The notes under the pieces were generated by a model. The model was not told the DNA's origin and did not search any database. It worked only from the letters and a program-made list of their open reading frames with translations. From Eledone cirrhosa (lineage: Eukaryota), in assembly GCA_964016885.1 (NCBI GenBank), contig OZ024750.1, positions 47,368,001-47,432,000 of the forward strand: a stretch of DNA of 64,000 nt, given 5' to 3'. A program made the translations under genes and the position numbers. Below are positions 33,501 through 49,446 of the stretch, piece by piece (the first letter of the stretch is position 1; each line of letters starts with the position of its first letter).

Positions 33501-36500
33501 AGTGAAAAAACTTGGTACATCTACATATGTATACGTGTGTGTATTCATATACATACTAGTATTTCAGTATACATATATGGATGTACATCTTTAACTTAAT
33601 TGTTTAAGCGTCAGTCATACAAAAGTGAGTTACAAACGAAACGAAGTTTAATTTCGTTTCGTTATTTGTTTTTATCGTCTCCGTTGAACCGGTACTTACT
33701 CACACTCTATGCAAATTAGTCTGCCCACTACTAATTTTCATAGAAAAAGCATATAACGATATGTGCTTTTACGATTCTCTAGAGAGGCCGGAAGATAGGT
33801 AAATATTGCTGATGAGTTGTAACAACAACGAAACTAGTTCAATATTCCTTGTCTGGCTTTCTGGAGAATAGAGGAAAGGTGTTTCCTCAAAAACCAGTAT
33901 GACTCTAAAAACCGGTTTGTCTGTGTGTTTACATACAGAATAGCTGGCCACTCACAGTAAAGTGACCAGTGAAACAACTTGGTACATCTACATATGTATA
34001 CGTGTGTGTATTCATATACATACTAGTATTTCAGTATACATATATGGATGTACATCTTTAACTTAATTGTTTAAGCGTCAGTCATACAAAAGTGAGTTAC
34101 AAACGAAACGAAGTTTAATTTCGTTTCGTTATTTGTTTTTATCGTCTCCGTTGAACCGGTACTTACTCACACTCTATGCAAATTAGTCTGCCCACTACTA
34201 ATTTTCATAGAAAAAGCATATTACGATATGTGCTTTTACGATTCTCTAGAGAGGCCGGAAGATAGGTAAATATTGCTGATGAATTGTAACAACAACGAAA
34301 CTAGTTCAATATTCCTTGTCTGGCTTTCTGAAGAATAGAGGAAAGGTGTTTCCTCAAAAACCAGTATGACTCTAAAAACCGGTTTGTCTGTGTGTTTACA
34401 TACAGAATAGCTGGCCACTCACAGTAAAGTGACCAGTGAAAAAACTTGGTACATCTACATATGTATACGTGTGTGTATTCATATACATACTAGTATTTCA
34501 GTATACATATATGGATGTACATCTTTAACTTAATTGTTTAAGCGTCAGTCATACAAAAGTGAGTTACAAACGAAACGAAGTTTAATTTCGTTTCGTTATT
34601 TGTTTTTATCGTCTCCGTTGAACCGGTACTTACTCACACTCTATGCAAATTAGTCTGCCCACTACTAATTTTCATAGAAAAAGCATATAACGATATGTGC
34701 TTTTACGATTCTCTAGAGAGGCCGGAAGATAGGTAAATATTGCTGATGAGTTGTAACAACAACGAAACTAGTTCAATATTCCTTGTCTGGCTTTCTGAAG
34801 AATAGAGGAAAGGTGTTTCCTCAAAAACCAGTATGACTCTAAAAACCGGTTTGTCTGTGTGTTTACATACAGAATAGCTGGCCACTCACAGTAAAGTGAC
34901 CAGTGAAAAAACTTGGTACATCTACATATGTATACGTGTGTGTATTCATAAACATACTAGTATTTCAGTATACATATATGGATGTACATCTTTAACTTAA
35001 TTGTTTAAGCGTCAGTCATACAAACGTGAGTTACAAACGAAACGAAGTTTAATTTCGTTTCGTTATTTGTTTTTATCGTCTCCGTTGAACCGGTACTTAC
35101 TCACACTCTATGCAAATTAGTCTGCCCACTACTAATTTTCATAGAAAAAGCATATAACGATATGTGCTTTTACGATTCTCTAGAGAGGCCGGAAGATAGG
35201 TAAATATTGCTGATGAGTTGTAACAACAACGAAACTAGTTCAATATTCCTTGTCTGGCTTTCTGAAGAATAGAGGAAAGGTGTTTCCTCAAAAACCAGTA
35301 TGAATCTAAAAACAGGTTTGTCTGTGTGTTTACATACAGAATAGCTGGCCACTCACAGTAAAGTGACCAGTGAAAAAACTTGGTACATCTACATATGTAT
35401 ACGTGTGTGTATTCATATACATACTAGTATTTCAGTATACATATATGGATGTACATCTTTAACTTAATTGTTTAAGCGTCAGTCATACAAAAGTGAGTTA
35501 CAAACGAAACGAAGTTTAATTTCGTTTCGTTATTTGTTTTTATCGTCTCCGTTGAACCGGTACTTACTCACACTCTATGCAAATTAGTCTGCCCACTACT
35601 AATTTTCATAGAAAAAGCATATAACGATATGTGCTTTTACGATTCTCTAGAGAGGCCGGAAGATAGGTAAATATTGCTGATGAGTTGTAACAACAACGAA
35701 ACTAGTTCAATATTCCTTGTCTGGCTTTCTGAAGAATAGAGGAAAGGTGTTTCCTCAAAAACCAGTATGACTCTAAAAACCGGTTTGTCTGTGTGTTTAC
35801 ATACATAATAGCTGGCCACTCACAGTAAAGTGACCAGTGAAAAAACTTGGTACATCTACATATGTATACGTGTGTGTATTCATATACATACTAGTATTTC
35901 AGTATACATATATGGATGTACATCTTTAACTTAATTGTTTAAGCGTCAGTCATACAAAAGTGAGTTACAAACGAAACGAAGTTTAATTTCGTTTCGTTAT
36001 TTGTTTTTATCGTCTCCGTTGAACCGGTACTTACTCACACTCTATGCAAATTAGTCTGCCCACTACTAATTTTCATAGAAAAAGCATATTACGATATGTG
36101 CTTTTACGATTCTCTAGAGAGGCCGGAAGATAGGTAAATATTGCTGATGAATTGTAACAACAACGAAACTAGTTCAATATTCCTCGTCTGGCTTTCTGGA
36201 GAATAGAGGAAAGGTGTTTCCTCAAAAACCAGTATGACTCTAAAAACCGGTTTGTCTGTGTGTTTACATACAGAATAGCTGGCCACTCACAGTAAAGTGA
36301 CCAGTGAAAAAACTTGGTACATCTACATATGTATATGTGTGTGTATTCATAAACATACTAGTATTTCAGTATACATATATGGATGTACATCTTTAACTTA
36401 ATTGTTTAAGCGTCAGTCATACAAAAGTGAGTTACAAACGAAACGAAGTTTAATTTCGTTTCGTTATTTGTTTTTATCGTCTCCGTTGAACCGGTACTTA

Positions 36501-36875
36501 CTCACACTCTATGCAAATTAGTCTGCCCACTACTAATTTTCATAGAAAAAGCATATAACGATATGTGCTTTTACGATTCTCTAGAGAGGCCGGAAGATAG
36601 GTAAATATTGCTGATGAGTTGTAACAACAACGAAACTAGTTCAATATTCCTTGTCTGGCTTTCTGAAGAATAGAGGAAAGGTGTTTCCTCAAAAACCAGT
36701 ATGACTCTAAAAACCGGTTTGTCTGTGTGTTTACATACAGAATAGCTGGCCACTCACAGTAAAGTGACCAGTGAAAAAACTTGGTACATCTACATATGTA
36801 TACGTGTGCGTATTCATATACATACTAGTATTTCAGTATACATATATGGATGTACATCTTTAACTTAATTGTTTA

Positions 36876-38536
<1,661 letters not shown>

Positions 38537-38619
38537 ATATAAATATATATATATTTATATATATATATATGTATATATATATGTATATATATGTATATAT
38601 ATATGTATATATATATATA

Positions 38620-38746
38620 GGTGGGTGAAGGCGTGTGGCTGAGTGGTTAGAGAATTGGATTCACAATCTTGAGGTTGTGAGTTCGATTCCTGGACCGGGT
38701 GATGCGTTATGTCCTTGGGCAAGACACTTTATTTCACGTTGCTCCA
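38620..38746 (+). mobile_element. tRNA-derived SINE with CORE-like segment (second SINE family)
   Basis: A box TGGCTGAGTGG, B box GAGTTCGATTCC, then tgtccttgggcaagacactt (MIR/CORE-like). Confidence 0.75.
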
Positions 38747-38857
38747 TCTACCTGGAGTTGCGACCGATAGATAGTATGAGCAACTGGAAAGACCGACGAA
38801 ATCATTGTTTCCTCGGTCCCATTTGACGAAAATCAATCGATCCTTCATATATATATA

Positions 38858-38990
38858 TAAATATATTTATTAAAATAACAGATTAAAGTTTAAGCAAAGA
38901 ATCGCTGCTTTCACCCTTAACGGGATCTTCTGATATATATTTATCCTTATCGAGCCCTCTTTGGATTTTAGTCTTCAAATTTATTATTAT
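38858..38990 (-). mobile_element. PLE-like end fragment (family D) between (TA)n
   Basis: Homologous to 53110-53370. Confidence 0.6.
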
Positions 38991-39063
38991 TACTATATAT
39001 ATATGTATATATATGTCTGTATGTATCTCTCTCTCTCTCTATCTCTCTCTCTTTCTCATATAA

Positions 39064-39094
<31 letters not shown>

Positions 39095-39614
39095 ATGAGA
39101 GACACGTATATAGATATAGATAAGAAGAGGTAGCAAGGGCGAAGATGAGAGGTGTCACACCGACTGATAACAAATAATAGGTTCCGGATCCAACAAGACG
39201 TAGCAAGCCCTCTCACCTCTAATGAATAACCAAATTGGATTGTAAAAAGCATTCAAAGCCTTGATTTAAGCCCATAGATTTCAATTATTGTAGGTATGCG
39301 CGAAAGCCAGTACCATGAAACTACGCTACAAAATATGTATGAATCGATATGGGTATAACGTGGAACATCTGCTGTGACGCTCGGCAGAAACATTAATAGA
39401 TAGAGCATGTCATTAAGTTCTTAATTGGTTGAACTAACAATATTTGGAGTGTTATGGGATTCGGTCAAAATAATTTTAAATATAGACAAAAATGAAATGG
39501 GTACATTTCTCTAGTCAAATTGCCAACACACACATACAGAGAGAGACCTATGCATACAAACACACATATATACACACACACACACATACACACATACACA
39601 CACACATACACACA

Positions 39615-39700
<86 letters not shown>

Positions 39701-39710
39701 TATATATATA

Positions 39711-40126
39711 GTGTTATAGTTGGGGAGGATCATATTGTTGTAATGATATTGCCAGAATTAATAACAAAACCACACTCACTCTTTGGTTGGTTTTCACTTC
39801 TGTATCATTTATATCAGTTAATTCATTCGGTCCTCAATGTTTACCATTGACTGACCAACGGTAAAAAATACAGATGTAATATAGATATAAACACATATAT
39901 ATAGTCTAACAAAGTTCTTCCGTTGCACATTTGCAACATCGTCAGTGGTGTATTTTATTTCTCATGTTATATTGTATATTTACGCCATATTTATTTAAAC
40001 AGTGAGTGTATCATGTTATTAATTCTGGCAATATTATTACAACACTATGAGCCTCCCCAAGTATAACAATATTTCTCTCGACACCGGATTTCATATCAAA
40101 AACCTCGCAAAACAAAATGAATGCCG

Positions 40127-40128
<2 letters not shown>
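39711..40128. mobile_element. Family B fold-back element with diverged arms
   Basis: 39711-39780 is an imperfect reverse complement of 40000-40070. ATG 40047 encodes MSLPKYNNISLDTGFHIKNLAKQ. Minus-strand CTGACGA-hairpin-GAA at ~39916-39945. Confidence 0.6.
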
Positions 40129-40212
<84 letters not shown>

Positions 40213-41354
40213 ATAATAATGATACTATTTATAGTTATGTATATACTATAAACAACTATAAACAGGAAAGGTCAGTAATTTATTACTACCTTATTACCAG
40301 TAAGAGAAATAGCTCCAAGTAAGAACATCAGGTGTTTTACAGTGCAGGAATATAAATTACACAATTATCAAAGTTATGTTCAAATCATGTCATTGCTAAC
40401 AATCGTTTCTTCCAAACTTTCATTTGGAATTATCGGAGTATTAGCAATGTTTGTACATATAATTAACCTCCTATTCAACTGAACAATCATATAGATACAT
40501 ATATATTGATGTTGTGAACAACAGTTTCTTATTTACAGGGTGGAATGGATGCGACATACATTATACGAGAACTGTACAATCATTCAAATTCAAATTAAAA
40601 GCACGAAGGGGAAACATGCGACATATAATACAAGGGAATAGTCTAATAAGTAAAGAGGCATTGAGGAAGAATGAGGACACTAGCAGTATATATACAAGCG
40701 TGTAGAGAGTGCATATGTGTTAGTCATATATATGAAGGAAACAGTTAAAGTTAGTATGCATAAATAAATGCTGTATGGCAAATGTATCACATAAAATATC
40801 ACAGGTATACAAGCATATCAAGCAAAGGTGTTAGTGTACTAACATTTATGGTGGATGCGATGTGATGATTGTTTCTGTAGTGTTCAAATATGTATGTGTT
40901 GAGAGTATCAAAGTTATTGTTATCTTTTCCATTACATATGTTAAATTATAGTTTAGTTAAGGTTTATATTGAATGGTTTTAGTTAGTTACAGCAATGGAT
41001 TGTGAATTGGTCTTATTATATTCTTATCCATTGTATCGAGTTGTTCTACAGCGAGTTTTTCTAACGGTTCAATTTCCGGAAATGAGTATGAGATCCAAAA
41101 TTACATACACACACACATATATATATATATATATGTATGTATGTCTATATTGCGGGTATATGTGTGTGTGTGTACGTTCGAGCTTTTAAGTAGATATATA
41201 CACATTGCACACGTATATACATACGTACGTGCATACATTCATACATGCATACACACATACATATATACCTTCATACATGCATACATACATACATATATAC
41301 ATTCATACATGCATACACACATACATATATACTTTCATACATGCATACATACAT

Positions 41355-41890
41355 GATGGCTGCCCTCTCGTTATCGAGTATGACCATTGCACAATATACC
41401 ATTATTAACTATTACTAATTAATTCTATCGTGCAATGCCTCTGCATGAAGATATTTATTTAATTGAGGAAAGACAGTGCACTGAGCCAATCCCACTCTCT
41501 GAGCAACAATAGCTATAACCTGAAAAGAAGAAAAAGATCAACATCATCGGTAACTACTGAGTCGCAGGTTTTATATCGGAGTTATCCCAGATTCCTGAGT
41601 TGCCTTCTCCTAGAAGAATGCCCTGACGAAGGCTAGGGGTCTTTACTCCCAGTGGTTTAACCGCGCGGTACATGTGCATATACATATTTACACACTTTCG
41701 GATGGCCATTAACTCTTATGAGTTCTTCCGCCCTTTGTCAGGTTTTGTTTTTTGTCCTGCACGGTGCCCAAAATCACCCTCCTCACCAAGTAAACTTAGT
41801 GTGTTTATCGGTTAATCGCCGACGACCCGACCATGCAACAGGTTGTACTAGGGTACATGATACCAGTAGCACTCATGAGTGACCTGACAT
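41355..41890 (-). mobile_element. Probable RTE-derived non-autonomous element
   Basis: Minus strand has an RTE 5'-UTR-like ctaggagaaggcaactc motif and a 3' hairpin (ctcgataacgag) ending in (ATGT)n; no ORF. Confidence 0.45.
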
Positions 41891-44010
41891 ACAAACATAC
41901 ATGCATACATACATGCATAAATACATGCAAACATACATACATACATGCATACATACATACTTAGATACACGTACAGATATTCAATTTGAAAATGTTGGTG
42001 TCTCACTAAACCAAGCACATACGCAACAGATTTCAGTCTTAATCTAAACTAAAATGTTACATGTTACATAATAATTTACAGAAAATATTTTAAGGTCTAC
42101 AGACAATAAATTTTGAGGCATGTATTTAATAATTTTATATATATTTCGGTTTGTTATTAATTTTATTTTTATTACTTAGAATCTGACATTTTATGAGTAA
42201 GAAATGAGAATTTCAGCACCAACGAATGATAAATAAAAAATCTAAAGTTAAATCATTCACGTATGTCTGAATATTTTCTGAATGTATTCGTTTTCTATTT
42301 ACATATACTCTCAATGGCATTGGAGAGGTGGCGCCAGTCAGTCACTATTAACATTAATTATATGCAATCCTACACACTAAAAAAAAAAAAAAATGTTCTG
42401 TATCGATCACCAACACACACATTATTATTTATTGTAATTTTAGATTTTATGTCTTAAATATTTTGTTTTTGGCAATAAACATCACTATTTTACAATATTT
42501 ACACGAGATACAAAATAAAAAATAAATATATATATCAAGATAAAAACAGTTGAATCATATACTTTTATTCTTCATTCGTTTCTATATTATTCTGATTCCT
42601 CTAGTACTATCGGATAGTTTAGTGAGAATTAGCGTAGCTTATATTTGGACATTTTTATGTAGATTTAGCTCAGCATCATAAGTTGATTGCTAAATCAGAC
42701 CAACAAAATTGGATTTAACTTATAGAGAAAAAAAAAAACAATAATCGATAATTCCTGTTTAAATCAACAAATCCGATATTTTCCTTCCGTTTTTCCTTCA
42801 CTTTGGAATACGAGAAACATTGCTATATATCACATTATTAAAGCAGAGTTAACTTACATGAAATTCTATAGTAATGTTTTATTTAAAGTTCTCCCGTCTC
42901 CAGTTCATGACATTGACTCATAATAACAACAAATAGTGAACCCAATACTGATTCACGCAAATATATTTTTTCAGATGTCATTCCTAATACTTCATTCCAT
43001 AAATGAATACCAAATCCCAGAGCAACGTCTCCTTTCGTAAGAAATCGATATTTCGAAAAAGGTATCTAGTGTTATGGAGTAGGAAATAACATGGCGACGA
43101 ATCAACAGTGTGACTAAGATTTCATTTCCTCATACATTCGTATCTCTTTACTTCCATATAGAGTACCAAAATCTTACTTCACGTATTTTAATATTAATTG
43201 AGATTGTTAAGCGCAAAAGGTATTTTTGCTCAATACGAGAGCATGCTTGAAAAATAGTGTACAGTAGCGAATGATAGGAACAGGATGTGTGTGAAAACAT
43301 CCATCATTGTGTGAAATTAAAGAGCTTTGAAAGTACCAGTTAGTCTTTGATTGAACAGGACATAATCCAATTTCGTCTCATTACATGCCATGATTCAAAA
43401 CATCTTTAAAATAATATGTAGTATATAATAGTTTATAGGTGGTGAGAAATGCATCACTATTTTAATATTTAGGCATACATGTCGATATAGCTATATAATA
43501 TATAAGTAATTAAATAGTTGAAATGGAAAATAAACCTCAATTCTTGATCGAGACGTAGGGACACCATCCTGACACACGACTCTCTTGGGGTGGGGACATT
43601 CCTTTCCATGTCAGGACGCACCCAATCGCTTCGATAGATAGACAGAGAACAAAACTTACCCGGTAGAAGAATTGTACATTTTACTGACCTCGAATGTAAT
43701 AACAGGAAGACATTTATTTCAGGGCCTTCTTCAAAAGATTGTTTTGACATAAAATATTATTCCTATTCTCTCCTCCAAAGTATTGAAAAAAAAACTATTT
43801 ATATATAAATCAGTGTCTGTCATATTATTTTAAAATTTATGTTATTTTATGTTATTGAATATATTTGTTCATATTCAGTTTTAACATATATATATATATA
43901 TATATATATATAGAAAAGATGAATATAAAATGAAAGTGCTTTTTTTAAAAAAGGAATTTATTAGGTATTGACATATGTTTCTGTAACAGACGGAATAATT
44001 GATAACCTGA

Positions 44011-44093
<83 letters not shown>

Positions 44094-44350
44094 ATGTAAG
44101 GATGGACATAGAATTAACATGGAATTATTCCTGATCAGTGCTGCCAAGTGTCCATGAGGTTTAATTAAACAAAACACACGCTAATTATATTCTTCCTCTT
44201 CCTCCCATGTAAATTCAAAGTAAGAAAGTCCGGATAGTCAAACATTCTTCGAACTGACATCCACAGTAGAGTAAAACCTGTATCGACATGATTATATTAT
44301 AGACAGTTTCAATATCAATACAGCAATATGTTGGCATCAAACCAACAAAA

Positions 44351-44422
<72 letters not shown>

Positions 44423-44525
44423 AATGAGACATTTTTAAATCCCGCTGAAAGAGATAAGATATAGAATGTTGAAACGAGAGTAAATATGAAAAAGAATTTA
44501 ACTGATATTTCAGATTTTATATGCA

Positions 44526-45153
44526 TCTAGCTATACTACCCGTGCTTTAGACGGTTCAAGTAGCTTTCGATGTGACTCATTAAATTAAACAAAATAAATT
44601 TGAATACATAGAAGAAAAACGTACTTTATGTAAACATGAAAACCTTAGGCAATATTCCAACGAAATAATTTTAGATAAATTTAAGCATAATATTTAAACG
44701 TTATGACATCATTTAATGTATAAACATCAAGCTTGAAACGATAAATTATACAATGTCAAATCTATAACTTAACTTAGTAATCTGTTAGAAATTACTGCTT
44801 GTAAAATATACAAAATGATATTGTTAGTCTCTTTCTTTCAAGTACAAAGTGTAAATTAAAATCCGAATCAGCCGAATTACGAAAGATAAATCTTGATTAC
44901 GAAAGATAACTCTTGTTTTACTTAATCACGAAAATTCACACAAATAACCAACATTTTTTTATGTCTCCAAAGGCCCCAATATCGATTTTTGAAAGACATT
45001 GTAGGTCATGTAGAGGATTTGTGCAAGGAGAAGCTCTGTAAAAAATTCAAAGAATTCGCATGAATGGTTTAGAATATATGAACCCTCATTAAATATTGTC
45101 CACACACATATACTCATACATACAGAAAACTACAGATTTATATATATACAGAT
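44526..45153 (+). mobile_element. Probable non-autonomous Helentron/HINE-like element
   Basis: Starts ctagc..tacccgtgc; ends ..gtaaaaaattcaaag..ggtttag..cacacacatatactcatacatacaga..tttatatatatacagat, the Lep1/DINE-1-like terminal layout. Confidence 0.45.
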
Positions 45154-45989
45154 GACTTGTATGTTATCTTATAAAACGTTAATACTCATTCCTGTTCAGA
45201 ATTTCTCACAGTGTGTTATGTTACTCATGTTTACACTTATTTTCTTTAAATTGATGTGTTATGGATAAGACGTAAAGAAGGTGAATTATGTGTAAAGATA
45301 TATACGACAATAGGCTGAAAAGTACATGATTAGGATGGAGTGAAGCTAGACCTGTGAAATCGTGTATTCATCAATTACAAATATTTTAATAACTGCATTG
45401 TATAATTACAGGGTCTATGTTGAAAAACAAACTTTCATTGTTAATTCCATGAGAGTATCTTGGTCAGCCTACAAACATTTAAGTTGAGCCTCGTTTGTGC
45501 ATGTATGCCTATGGTGTAAAAGATGGTAATGGCAATATGGTAATTTCCCCGTGGAATATGTAGCATCATCATCGGTTGCTATACATTAATAAAGTTTCAA
45601 CTCTTCAATTCTTCTAATGTGATAGAGTGGACTTATTTTTCGCAGCTCATCACATAAATGGGGAACAAGAGAAAGGGTGAGCATTCCAACCTCCCCAGTA
45701 TTTTGTCTACCTAAGAGGCCTGACCTCCGAAGTTAACACCAGTGGTCTTCATACTCAGCACATAAGTTTTTGAAAAGCATTGCTGAGAGGCATGCTATCA
45801 ACTGTTATATAGAATTTGCAGAAGGAACACATTTTCATGAATTTTCAGTAAAATACAAGAATAATTAATTCCTGTAGTCGATAGTATGGTATGAGATGGT
45901 AGGATGCCGTAATTCCAGATAGAATCGTAGGCGCAACAAACTGACATACAGCGTATTGTAGGCAATTTAAGCTGTCTACGCCTGAGTAC

Positions 45990-46170
45990 ATCAGATTTAT
46001 TCTAATGAGAGGAGGTAACTGTCCCAGTACCAGGCTGGTACTTTTTCTATCGACCTCGAATTGATTAAAAGCAAAATTAAGCTCGGTGAGATGTGAACAC
46101 AACGAACAAAGAGCCGGAACGTATAACATAAATCATACAATCCAACGTTCTAATGACTCTGCCAATTCCC
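45990..46170 (-). mobile_element. Decayed SINE family S-related copy
   Basis: ctggtacttt..tatcgacc..aaaagcaaaattaagctcgg..tgaac. Confidence 0.5.
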
Positions 46171-47352
46171 AGCTCTAGTTGATATGGACGACAGAAATAT
46201 TTGGTGATGATGTCCAAGAATGGCCATAGTCTTATGACTGAAACCAGAACACAGCTAACAAATGTACGTAGGAATGTCTCTCACTCTCTCTCACTCGACC
46301 ATTTTCTCTCTCAAACTCCACTCGAACACAAACAAATGTACAGACATGCGCGCACACACCCTCAAACATATATGCACCCATTCACTCCGTTACGAAGAAC
46401 GAATTGTATTTCTATGTCTAAAGCTCAGCCACGACGTATATTATACCATGCTGAATATAGCCGGGAATTTGTTTCAAAAGTGTGCGTCACTCTCACATAT
46501 TCAGACTTACACTTGATTAAACAACTTGCGCACTCATCATCGGCAGCGGTGATAATCGAACGCATGCGTACGTGTAAATAAGTGTCAGTCTTTAACCGTA
46601 GGAGTGGAACTCAATATAAATATGCAATGTGATGATAATGAAAACTGAATCAAATTTCAAACTGTCTTGGTTTTCATTCATTTTCATTTTACTCCGAGGA
46701 ACTTAGATAGATAACGCCACCAAAGCAGATACATTTATACACGCAGGAGAATGTTTTAAGATATTTTGATACGAATTCGAGAAATAAAAGAATTAATTTT
46801 ATCAAAACCGATCCAAATCGAACCGATACATGTTATGCCTAAAGGAATAATGTATGAAATCAAATGATTAAAAAAAAGAAATGTTTCTTGCGATGGAGGA
46901 ACTGATAGTGGCTTGTCCTTTAGATATTTAGATGTGCCAAATTACTCACTATTATAAATCAATTTGCATCACGAATACTTTTTTATTCAATTCCTTAGTT
47001 GATTAAAAGTCTGAGAAATCGTTTGAAGAATCAAGTTTGAGTTGTAATTATGATCACATTTGCCGTAACAAAATTTACGTGAAAGTTATCTGTGTTCGAA
47101 AAGTCTTATCGAATATGTTATTAAGTGTATATTAAGAGTAAATTATAATTTGCCATTGGCTAAAAGAAAGAACGAACACGTCCTCTCAATAGGAATCTTT
47201 ATTTCTTAAGTGTTAAAGAATAAATTAAATCTACAAGTTGAAATTCCGATTATACATTCATAGCTAGATATACACACATATATACTTGCATGTACATATA
47301 CACATACACACACATATCTCTCTCTCTCTCCCTCTCTCCTCTCTCTCCATAC

Positions 47353-47384
<32 letters not shown>

Positions 47385-48441
47385 ATACATCTAAATATAC
47401 ATGCACACACACACACACGTACACACACACACACATATATATACATGTATGTGTGTGCGTGTGTGTGTGTGTGTGTGTCTGTGTGTCTGTGTATGTATGC
47501 ACAGGATTACATTAAAACATCCAATGAACATTTAACGGCAGTCTAAACAAATTAAAAACACACGAGGGGAAAACGTTACGAATAACATCATAACTAAAAT
47601 TGTGTGCATATGCCTTTCCAGATGTGTGTATATTATATATGTGCTTGTGGGTATGTGGGTGTATGATTGTTTATGTGAGTGTGTTTGGGCATTTGAATTT
47701 CTAGAATTATGTATTTATGTAAATGCTTTGGTGCGTTAATATGTTTATAGTAATATACATAAACTTTCAACATTTTTGATAAGTTGCCGCATGAAAATAA
47801 ACCCACACACGTTCATCATTTTAATCTGTGACCATTCATTGAGGATTAATGTAACTCTACTGACGAGAATGTAATGACGTTTGATTTTAACTTTATCACA
47901 GGACTGTATTACTATTTATCCTAAATGAAATGAATATTTCAAATCTAGATAGGTATTGAGTAACAATATCTCGTAACCTTCATATCTATATATATACAAA
48001 ATTATAATATATACATATATATATAATTAGAATTATATATATATATATATAGTATAAAAAAGGATCTATACACGTAACATATATCTCAAAAAGCATATGG
48101 TCGCCTTTCACAGGACCAATTCTGAAAGATTCTCTTGTATTGAACAGACAGAGAGCTACTCGTTGCTTTGATATCACTGTATGGATGCCCCCTAGTAATA
48201 GTGTCGGGTTAAAAGGGGTTTAGTTTGAAACAATTCACTGTTGGTATCAGACTCCAGCACAGGTGATTACTTACATCTCTACTGTTCAAAGCCCTCAGGG
48301 ACACGATCAACATACACACTCAGGTGAAGTTTCAGTCGGCTGAAATGTTAATACACAGACACTCACTCTCACACACACATACACACACTCATACTCACAG
48401 TGGTATATAAATCTGTATGTAATATATATATATATATTTAT

Positions 48442-48491
<50 letters not shown>

Positions 48492-48554
48492 ATGTGTGTG
48501 TCTGTGTATGTATGCACACAATAATACATTCAAACATCCAATGTAAATTTTAAA

Positions 48555-48677
48555 AATAAGACTCCAGTTGCATTTTCGATTTCATCTTTTTTATTTATAC
48601 TTTCACTCGTGTAGGACACCGTTTATTTTTCATTTTGTAGAAAACCTCACTTTCTAATAAATATATATATATATATA

Positions 48678-48746
<69 letters not shown>

Positions 48747-49099
48747 TAGGAATTGAGGTTTTTCTACAAAATGGAAAAAAACCGAGGTGTCCTACACGAG
48801 TGAAAGTATAAGGAATAAAGATGGAATCGAAAATGAAACTAGTGTCTTTTAAAAAAAATATGTATATTTATTTGGTTCCTTTACCGGTTTCGCAGTTCTT
48901 CTGCTTTTAAAAAGTAGAGTTGAGATGGAGAGTCTGTGTTTTTTCTCACATCTGGATTAATCACATCTGTTACCTCTGTTTTATATGGAAAAAAGTGGCT
49001 CGAAATGTTAGGTTTTTAGAGAAGTAATTTGGTTGGTTGGTTGGTAAATAAGTATAATAAATTTCGCGCCAGTTCGAGTTGCAAGGTTCTTATTGTATT

Positions 49100-49100
<1 letters not shown>
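48555..49100. mobile_element. Two related PLE-like ends (family E) facing each other across one (TA)n tract
   Basis: 48555-48660 is a diverged reverse complement of 48745-48850. Decayed HHR on minus at 48878-48914 (TTTAAAA-gcag(aagaa)ctgc-GAAACCGGTA). Confidence 0.6.
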
Positions 49101-49134
<34 letters not shown>

Positions 49135-49309
49135 CCATATATAAGATACGAAGATTAATTCATAATTTATGTACAATTGCGTAGATCTTTTAGATAAACA
49201 CAATTTCATTTGTTCAATGTTCCTATTTGTAGAAGGAAATAATATTATGAAACAATTCAAATATCGATGTAAGAATACTGTTTCATTTTATAGAGATCAA
49301 ATTAGCTTG

Positions 49310-49388
<79 letters not shown>

Positions 49389-49393
49389 TATAC

Positions 49394-49441
<48 letters not shown>

Positions 49442-49446
<5 letters not shown>

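Larger units (their letters stand above)
30192..36875 (+). repeat. Tandem array, ~14.3 x 467 bp, one HHR per monomer (non-LTR retrozyme-like)
   Basis: Exact 467-bp period (ORF track starts 30500, 30967 ... 36571), only scattered substitutions. HHRs at 30533+467n (n=0..13). Ends in (TA)n. Confidence 0.95.

Noticed and set aside
30500-36753. Repeated 60-aa ORF MASYSVCKH... as a multicopy gene
   Set aside because: Starts at GTG, lies antisense to the HHR, has no known motif; a by-product of the repeat
30192-36875. CRISPR array, or 5S/snRNA/tRNA gene cluster
   Set aside because: No unique spacers and no cas genes; no 5S, U snRNA or tRNA sequence recognisable in the monomer
38631-38700. tRNA gene
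   Set aside because: A and B boxes are present, but there is no acceptor stem and it continues into a SINE core
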